Source: a virus. From it: a stretch of 64,000 nucleotides of DNA. Made by a program: the position numbers and the translations under genes. Below, piece after piece: positions 35,819-43,800 of the stretch. How positions within the stretch are numbered: the first letter of the stretch is position 1; every line of letters starts with the position of its first letter. Location of the stretch: IMG/VR virus record IMGVR_UViG_3300045988_159113; one strand, 5' to 3'. Below the pieces are notes generated by a model. The model was given only the letters and a program-made list of their open reading frames with translations, searched no databases and was not told where the DNA came from.

Positions 35819-36673
35819 TTACTCGTTTTTGTATATTTCAGGATATGTATCCTTTCGAATTAGCTCCAAAATCGCCTTGTTAGCAGGTACCTTCATCCAG
35901 TTCAGGACAGCATCATCAGTAGCTCCAAGAACAATGTTATCGCCGTAGGTGTACAGCTTGTTCTTATAAATGATGACATTCTTATCCTTTGCCTCAATAA
36001 ACAACAAACGAAGTGAAATGTCGTCTCCTGTGTAGATCTCGATGATCTTCTCGGGATTCTTCCTCGCCTGTTCAAGCAGGAATTCCGTAACGTCTGCGTC
36101 CGGGAAGTTCTGCATGTTCTTACCAAGAAGGCGAGCCTTCAAAACTCGACCATCATAACCGCGCTCATCCTCATAAATAAAGTTAAGAGCATCGCGCAAA
36201 GTGGACATCTTGCGAACCTTGTTTGCGGCTTCAAGACCTGGACGATCAACATAAAGCTCAGCGGTACCATAACGGGGACGCTTGTTCTGCCAACCCATAG
36301 TGCCATCGATGAGATAGTTGCCGTTCTGATCCTTAGCCCAACGCTCGGGTGCAATCATGGGGTTATACTGTATAGCTTCCCACGTCGCCTTGTCCCTGGG
36401 CTTGTTAAGGTCGAAAGTCTGGCCGTCAGTAATGGTAAAGACCGCATTCTCCTTAATATAAATATTGCCACTGTTCTTTTCCTTGTCTGTAAGAATCATA
36501 TCGCCCTTTGAGTCAACAGGCTTGACGCAATCAGGATATTCACCAGTTGCGGGATTCTTACAAGGATTCATAAAGTACTTGCCAACCTTGCCGTATACAC
36601 TTCTCAAAACGACAATGTTTGCCATAATGTCGCCATTTTTAACAGAAGCGACAGCAGATTCTTTTTTAGCCAT
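35819..36673 (-). CDS. Abundant-looking virion protein, unknown function (284 aa, no TAG, GC-richer)
   Basis: Intact track ORF flanked by terminator-type hairpins on both sides. Confidence 0.8.
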   Translation of the reverse strand: MAKKESAVASVKNGDIMANIVVLRSVYGKVGKYFMNPCKNPATGEYPDCVKPVDSKGDMILTDKEKNSGNIYIKENAVFTITDGQTFDLNKPRDKATWEAIQYNPMIAPERWAKDQNGNYLIDGTMGWQNKRPRYGTAELYVDRPGLEAANKVRKMSTLRDALNFIYEDERGYDGRVLKARLLGKNMQNFPDADVTEFLLEQARKNPEKIIEIYTGDDISLRLLFIEAKDKNVIIYKNKLYTYGDNIVLGATDDAVLNWMKVPANKAILELIRKDTYPEIYKNE

Positions 36674-36691
36674 AATTCATTTTTTCATTTT

Positions 36692-36727
36692 AAAAGTAGC
36701 CACGCCGGGGACTACCCCCGGCTGGCC
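36692..36727 (-). terminator. GC-rich hairpin terminator downstream of the capsid locus
   Basis: gccacgccgggg-acta-ccccggctggc (36700-36726), followed on the minus strand by CTTTTAAAA. Confidence 0.55.
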
Positions 36728-36762
36728 TATCTATGTAATGGTATAATAATCTTGAAAATCAA

Positions 36763-36779
36763 AAACAATAATAGTATTT
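36763..36779 (-). promoter_or_regulatory. Promoter-like motif, copy 3 (AAATACTATTATTGTTT)
   Basis: A variant of the TAnTATAATTG motif, about 90 nt upstream of ATG 36673 with the hairpin in between. Confidence 0.3.
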
Positions 36780-36830
36780 ATTTATTTGTTTTTGCGATAC
36801 ATTAGAGCTCTCTCAAGATAAAGCTGCGAT

Positions 36831-37746
36831 CAATTTGTTATATTGCATCTTTTTATATGCACCTCTATAGCTCACACTATAGTTCAGACTATATCATCAC
36901 TTTCGTGTCGGGCACTCGTGTTTGGATTATTGCTCGCGTTGCTCACCAATTAGTCGTTAGCCTTTATCTGTACATTTAACGCTTCCAGATATTAGGACGG
37001 GATTTTCCACTTTCGGACCTTCCCCGTTTCCACCCGATTTTCTCATTATAAAAATGAGCCTCAAATTTTCTTGATTATATAACGTTTTTTATACATATAT
37101 CCATCTTGATAAGCTTTGCGCATTGAGTTTGCATTTATATTTAGGTTTGGATTTTGTTTTGCAAAATCATTTATAGGCATGATATATTTTTTATTTGTCT
37201 CTGTATCTATTATTAAGCGTGCTATTTTTCTTAAATTAGAAATTTTAGATCTTGTTGCATCGCTTACTATTTTATTTTTATGATACAAACCTATTTTGAT
37301 TTTTGTTTCCTCGCTTACATAATGCCCACGTAATTTTTGGCTCAGAATATTCTTCGTTTCTTCCGTGTGATGTTTTCCAAACATTCCGTTTTCAACTCCA
37401 AATCTTTTGCGTTTGGAAATCCATTCTTTATTTTGTTTGGTTCCAGAACAGTCTGGAGTATAACCAAAATATCTGTTTATACAAAAATCATCAAATTCGC
37501 AAATCTTCAAAAGATGAACTTCATAATCATTAGCATCTTTTCTAGTTCTAAATGTTTTAATTATGATCTTTTGTAATTTATATCTATTTGTTTCTATATA
37601 TGATTTTGTCCAAATAGAACTAGAGCCCATATATGAGTCATTGCAAATATCACATTTGCAACTACGTACCCCGATATAATATCTGTTAGTTTCGGTATTA
37701 TATATCATATATGTATAATGATTCATAAATTGCTATATATATATAT
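36831..37746 (-). mobile_element. Group I intron-like element I11 (subfamily B) with a 5'-located GIY-YIG HEG, immediately 3' of the apparent capsid stop codon
   Basis: On the minus strand: P-like ATATCTGGAAGC, Q-like ACAGATAAAG (TCTG/CAGA pairing), R CTAACGACTAA (~36949-36961), S GATATAGTCTGAAC (36882-36895). A P9 hairpin plus ATATAACAAATTG 3' end (last G at 36831) matches the other ten introns. The 5' boundary is not determined. Confidence 0.6.
37061..37726 (-). CDS. GIY-YIG homing endonuclease with NUMOD3-like repeats (221 aa)
   Basis: Intact track ORF. N-terminal YTYMIYNTETNRYYIGVRS is a GIY...YIG pattern. Repeats GKHHTEETKNILSQKL and SEETKIKIG are NUMOD3-like. No TAG. Confidence 0.8.
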   Translation of the reverse strand: MNHYTYMIYNTETNRYYIGVRSCKCDICNDSYMGSSSIWTKSYIETNRYKLQKIIIKTFRTRKDANDYEVHLLKICEFDDFCINRYFGYTPDCSGTKQNKEWISKRKRFGVENGMFGKHHTEETKNILSQKLRGHYVSEETKIKIGLYHKNKIVSDATRSKISNLRKIARLIIDTETNKKYIMPINDFAKQNPNLNINANSMRKAYQDGYMYKKRYIIKKI

Positions 37747-37875
37747 TTAAGGATTAAACACAGCTACGCCAGAGTATCCCCATGCGATAAGCTTGCTAGC
37801 GGCTACGGGGCTGCTTACTGCGCCGCCCTGGAGACCAGTCTTGCCGCCTACGCCCAGGATTTCGTTCTGGATGTA
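37747..37875 (-). CDS. Capsid exon 11 (YIQNEILGVGGKTGLQGGAVSSPVAASKLIAWGYSGVAVFNP*)
   Basis: Starts right after the predicted terminal G of I10 (ATTAACATTTTTG|TAC). Open to TAA 37747-37749. GC-rich like the other exons. Confidence 0.65.
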   Translation of the reverse strand, partial: YIQNEILGVGGKTGLQGGAVSSPVAASKLIAWGYSGVAVFNP

Positions 37876-40800
37876 CAAAAATGTTAATCTTACTGTTATC
37901 AGTAAGTTCAGACTATATCTTTGATATTATTCAATATATTTAAACACAAAACCCTTTGCCATATCAACTTTTCCACTTAGGCATCTGCCAACATTTGTGA
38001 ATTCTTTTCGGCATGATTTTACACTTTCAAAAACTTTTACAAGTTCTCCTTCTTTCGTATATTGCCCAACTTTACGTTTTGCTCCTTTCCCAACTCTAGA
38101 TGTTATATCATGCATTTTTAGTGGGTTTTCAAAATTCCATTGAAAATTACGTATGCATAATCCAGAAGATGCAACTTTGTGTAATCTTAAAGGCGTTAAG
38201 GAAAATCTTTCACAAAAGTTTTCAATACAATCACTATCAATAAAATTGCCATTCAAATCATATCGAAACACAATTCGTTGTAAATCAACATGCAAGCTGA
38301 TGCGTTCGTTGTATGAATAGTAGAATTTGTTGATTGCCGTCTGTTTATAGATGGCGTTTTTGATTTGTTCAGAAGAAACGTCGGCATCTAGTGCTGCTTG
38401 ACTTAAACTACTAAATACATTAATCAAATTGCAATATCTATCAAATTTATAAACCGTTTTGCAAAATGTAGTTATTTTAAAGTCTGCCAAATTTATTTCC
38501 GGATCTGTTGACCATAAAAAATTCAAATAGCTTGTCTTTGTTTTATATGCACTTATTAATGCAGAACTAGTATTTGCACCTACAGATTCTGATGCAATTT
38601 TCACTGATTTGTATTTTGCAATAAATTCGCCATTTAAATCAAACTGGTATATTGGTATCTCAAATTTTAAACTATGGATTCCGCCAGTTGTTTGATTATA
38701 CGTGTCATTTCTATTGATAAACTTATTATCAACAAGGAGTTGCTCAACAAGCAATGCCTCTTCTTCTGTATCGTATATTCCAATAGTGTATCTTTTAAAT
38801 TTACCAAATCCGTACTTTTTTATTGCATTACCGAAATTTGTTTTTGGTTTTCTATAAGTTGATGGCATATTGCTATATATGCCATTACCATAATAATAAT
38901 CAAATATATTTGGATTTGTTTTGTGTACTCCAATATATATTTTGTTGTTTTGTGTGTTTACTGTTAAATAAACAATAAATTTTTTAATATCATTTTCCAT
39001 TTTGATTTTCTGATAAAAATCTATGCTTTTAAAAGCTAGTCGTTGAACGTTATTCATAGGCTTCATATCGCTTGCCTTTTTAGAATATTCGCTGCTGATT
39101 GTCTAAAATTGTATATTTTCAAGCATTCGCATTTATCATTTCTGATTATGCTGTAGCTATACAATTATAAAGAGTTCCCAGCAATTAAGAAAATTAGGAG
39201 ACTATCCGTCAATCTCCGCCCTTCAGTGTGAACATCGCAATAGGAGGCTGTGTGCTGCTCTTGTCTGCTGTCAAATCAAGACAGAGAGCATAGCCTTTCT
39301 CATCATTTGTGTTAGCTATATATCACTATATAGATCAGACTATATCTTGACCTTGTCAAAGGTCGTTCCCATTTCGATTTCTCTAAGTTTTTCACTAGTC
39401 GTTAGACATTACCGCATAATTACGCAGTAATAGCTCCAGATTGTCTTTTTAGACTTTCCTGGATTTAAGGAACAGATCAATGCAGCTCACGCTGCAAGGG
39501 GTCTAAGAATTAAACCATATTCACGGCTGAAGGTACGATCAACAGCAAATGTGATGCTGTTGCCACCAAACTCATACGTATCGAAAGTTGCTCCCACCTT
39601 CACGTAGTCATTGGCCTGCTTAGACCAAAGAAAAGTGTTATCAGCGTGGAAGTGAGCCAAGAAGTCAAACAACTCGGCCTGGACTGAATGCCAGAATCTT
39701 TCGTTACCAAATCAAAACTGATTCAGACTATATCATTGACTTATAAAAAGCCAGGCTCCGTTTCCATTTGTACCCTATATTAGGTAGTCGTTGAATATCA
39801 GCGCATATTTACGCGCTGTTTACTGCTGATTAGTCGAAACTTTCCAGCAATTAGAAGCCTTTAATCGAGGAGCTTTCACTCCAAGTATCCCTAACTTGAG
39901 ATAAATACGTATTTGTTACCTGTAGGTTTCTGCGCCTTCTCTCCCATCATAGACAGAACAGTACGGAATACCTCCATACTGAGCTTGTTGTATGCATACT
40001 TGGAAGCGAAGCGCTCAACCTGAGGAATAATCAAAAATATTATCACATGCCGTTTATGCATGCCTCTCACACTTCTTATTTGTGTAAGTTTAGACTATAT
40101 CTTCATCCTTCGCGGATGGGTGCTGTTCGTGGGTTTCCCTAGTCGTTACACTTATCGCTCGGTATTCTCATCTCAGAGTTCACCGATTTAAGCACCTTTT
40201 CATTAATTTATCACTAAATTACGGGGCATTACTCTACCCTCACCTATATAAATCAAACTGTTATCTCTACGTCTCCATAGAGTTCAGACTATACCTTTAA
40301 CTCATTTTCTTATACTTCAAAATATACGGATCATTTACCATTGGTTTTCTCAATATGCGTATCTGTTCCTCTGTTAATTCTTTCGTGGAACTATACAACT
40401 TGACGAGATTTCCTTTTAGGTCATACTGCTCAACTTTCCGAGCAACCGGCGCGTTTGTTGCGATCCATTTATCCATTTTATCATAAGACCATTTATAGCC
40501 TCTGCATGCGCGGTTCATCTTTATCGCGCGAATGATCTTTCCTGTGCTGATGTTTGGCGTTCCCTTAGCTGCTTCTTTAATAGAATCAAAAGCTGCATCA
40601 AACTCACCTTTCAATGTGTACCGGTAAACAGGCACTGTAGTTGTCAATTCTATCGCTGACTTTTTACCAAGCACCTTTCGTATATCCTCAGATACACGCA
40701 TGAATCGGTATCCGCTACATGTTGAACGCATTGATACAGCACGAGCTATAGCATCTTTTGGTATATCAAGCTGAGCAGCAGCAGATGGGATATCACGGTA

Positions 40801-43800
40801 TGTATTGATAAGTATGCCATCCCTGTTGTACTGTGCAATAGCACCACGTGGCATGTTGGAATAAAGATCAACATCTATAGACTCATCAAAAGAGAGATAG
40901 ACATCTTTACAGTTTGTGCGTGTATTGATGCATATGATCACGTGTTCTTTCGATACATGCAAATCATCAGCTGCTTCATCAACGCTATCCCACTTTCCGA
41001 CATGACCACCAGAGAACGTGAACGCGTTGACTCTTTGTCTACTGCAAATGCTGGGAGATGCAATCGAGTTGTAGTTGTCGGTTCTCTTTATAAAATCCTC
41101 GTTGACAATCAACATATAGAAATCAGTTGCATCATTGATATTGTTAAATTCTTTTAACGTTATCCTCTTGAAAGCATTGATTCCATGACGCTGCACCGCA
41201 CTCTGAAGTTGTGTCTTGCTCTTGTTGTATGATTCCGGTAGATGTATATCTACACCATCGCCAAGATAACCATCAAACACTTCTGGATCATTCACCTTGT
41301 GAATACCTACGTAAATCTTGCCATTATCAAGATTAATTGTTTCAAATACTATAAATTTCATGAGTTATTCCCCGTTTCCGCTTTCGCGTATTATAAAATT
41401 ATCAGTCGTTGAACTAATACAAATCTTTACTTGTATTTAGCTGCTGGTTGTCCGTTAGAGTTTCCAGCAATTAAAGGAATCTATTTTTACTAATCTCGCA
41501 ATTAGCCGACCCATTTATATATAGGTCTGTTTGTGTCGGGATCGAAAATGGTAGGCTTACCATTGGCCACAATAAAAGTAGACTATATCATTAGTTTTCA
41601 CTATTTCCCGTTTCCGTCAAACTTATCCTGTACTAGGTAGTCGTTGAACGAATCAAAAGAAAACTTTTGATTTCGCTGCTGATTAGCTTGCCGCTTTCCA
41701 GCAATTAGAGAAATTTTTCGTGGACGTCAATCCATCCACGTTGCACTTGTTAAAGAGAAGCAATAATTCAATATGTTGCCATATTGTTTAGACTATATTT
41801 TGAGATCTTGATATCTCTGCGCTCTTTCACTACTTACTCTAAAAATAGATAGTCGTTGAACGTATCGCGATATATTTCGCGATTTCGCTGCTGATTGTCC
41901 TTTTAGGATTTTCCAGCAATTAAGCGCATTTTATAATGGCATCTCCTTCTTTTTAAAAAAAACTTCACGTCGATTCCATTATTTCTGACATACATGAAAG
42001 ACTCCATAAGGGCCTTCTCCTTCTTGTCTAATCTGTAAATTGTTTCTGACAACTTTCCGTTATCCTTACCCTGTCCGATAGAAATGAAAGTATCCTCATG
42101 TGCAGCATAGAGGCTAGAGAACGAATCATCACAACGGTGTGTGGTGATGTAGTTCCGCATCTTGCTGATATTCAATGTGTTAGCTTATAGTTTCCTATAA
42201 GATCAGACTATATCATTAGGTCATGAACCTAGTTTCCGTTTCTAAAAATACGGCTATTGCCTAGTCGTTGAACCAAATTTCGCACTTGCTAAATTTTGGC
42301 TGCTGATTATCCTTTTGGATTTCCCAGCAATTAGAAAACTTTTTTCTTTAGAAATGTCTAAAGGAGCAATATCTCACTCTGATACTTTACATACAATTTT
42401 GTTAATCAATATGTTTCCATATTGTTCAGATTATATCTTGGTTTTTCAAACCTATTCCGTTTTAAAAATTACGTCATATTGACTAATCGTTGAACATTAC
42501 GCGATAATTATCGCGTATTTGCTGCTGATTACCATTTTAAGGCTTCCAGCAATTAGAAATATTTTAAGAGGGCATATGTTGCATTTTCCCTCTTCATGCA
42601 TTTCGGGCATTGCATTGCTCAAGAACCTGGTAGTCATACCAAGCTGGCAACCTGACTTGTCGAGAACCGAACTGTAGTCGTTATCGACCAAGCGAACGAT
42701 CACCTTCCAGTAGTTATCACTAACGCGAACAGGACGTGCTACAACGAAGCACTGCTGACCTGTAGCGTCAATCTGGAAGATATCATACTTTTCATAGTAG
42801 CGCTCTTTGAATGCCATGGTGATCTCGCTACCGTTTGCGCCATCCTCAACGGGAACATCAGCGAACTCAATGCGCTTGATGTCATTGGTGCTAACCTCCC
42901 ACTCAAACAATTATGTTATCTTTATGTTGCCATAAAGTTCAGACTATATCATTTGCTATATTTAAATATAAAGTCGCCATGTTCTTTAATGCCTTTTAAA
43001 ATTCTAGAAGCAGATGCAGAATTCAAATTATATTTTTCTTTCATTACTTTTACACTATCTAAGATTTCTATAAGATTGCCACACTTATCATACACTTCTA
43101 TTTTTCTCATATGTGAATGTTTGTTTGGCATTTCCGAAATCTTTTCTAGAGATAAATAATAATCTTTATACCATCCGCAGTTGTCATTTATTGCAGCATT
43201 AATTTTTTTAAATGAATGCAATTTTATAGCATTCATTATTTCCTTACCAACAAATTCTCCTATAAATCCTGATCCAAATTTATATAAAAATATATGTGCA
43301 TTTTTAATTTGTGCTCTATTTTTAGGTATAAATTCATCGTACAAAGAATCAGAAACAAACATGTTTTTAATTTTTGTTTGGTTTCTTATTGCATTACTAA
43401 TAGATTGAGAAGTACATTTCAAATAATTTGCACATTCTTTTCTGGAACAAAAATAAGAAACTAGTTTACCGCTTGAATTATATAAATATGTAATTTTATA
43501 TATTTTTTGTGTAAACTTTTTAATATCTATTGTTTCTTCTCTACTCCATAAAGAATTTAAAAATATGGTTTTGTCTGTTATTGCCCAATTAAATCTGGAA
43601 TATTCAAACCCATAAAAATCACATGCATCTAATGTACTATCCCATTTTTTTAACAATTCACCATTCAAATCAAACTGATATAAAATTTTTGAATGCACTT
43701 TTGGACTTATACATTCTAGAGATCCCCCAATTCCACCAATAGCAATGTTGTATGTATAATCTTGTTTAATAAAATTAAAATCAACTATTTTGCGCTCTTT

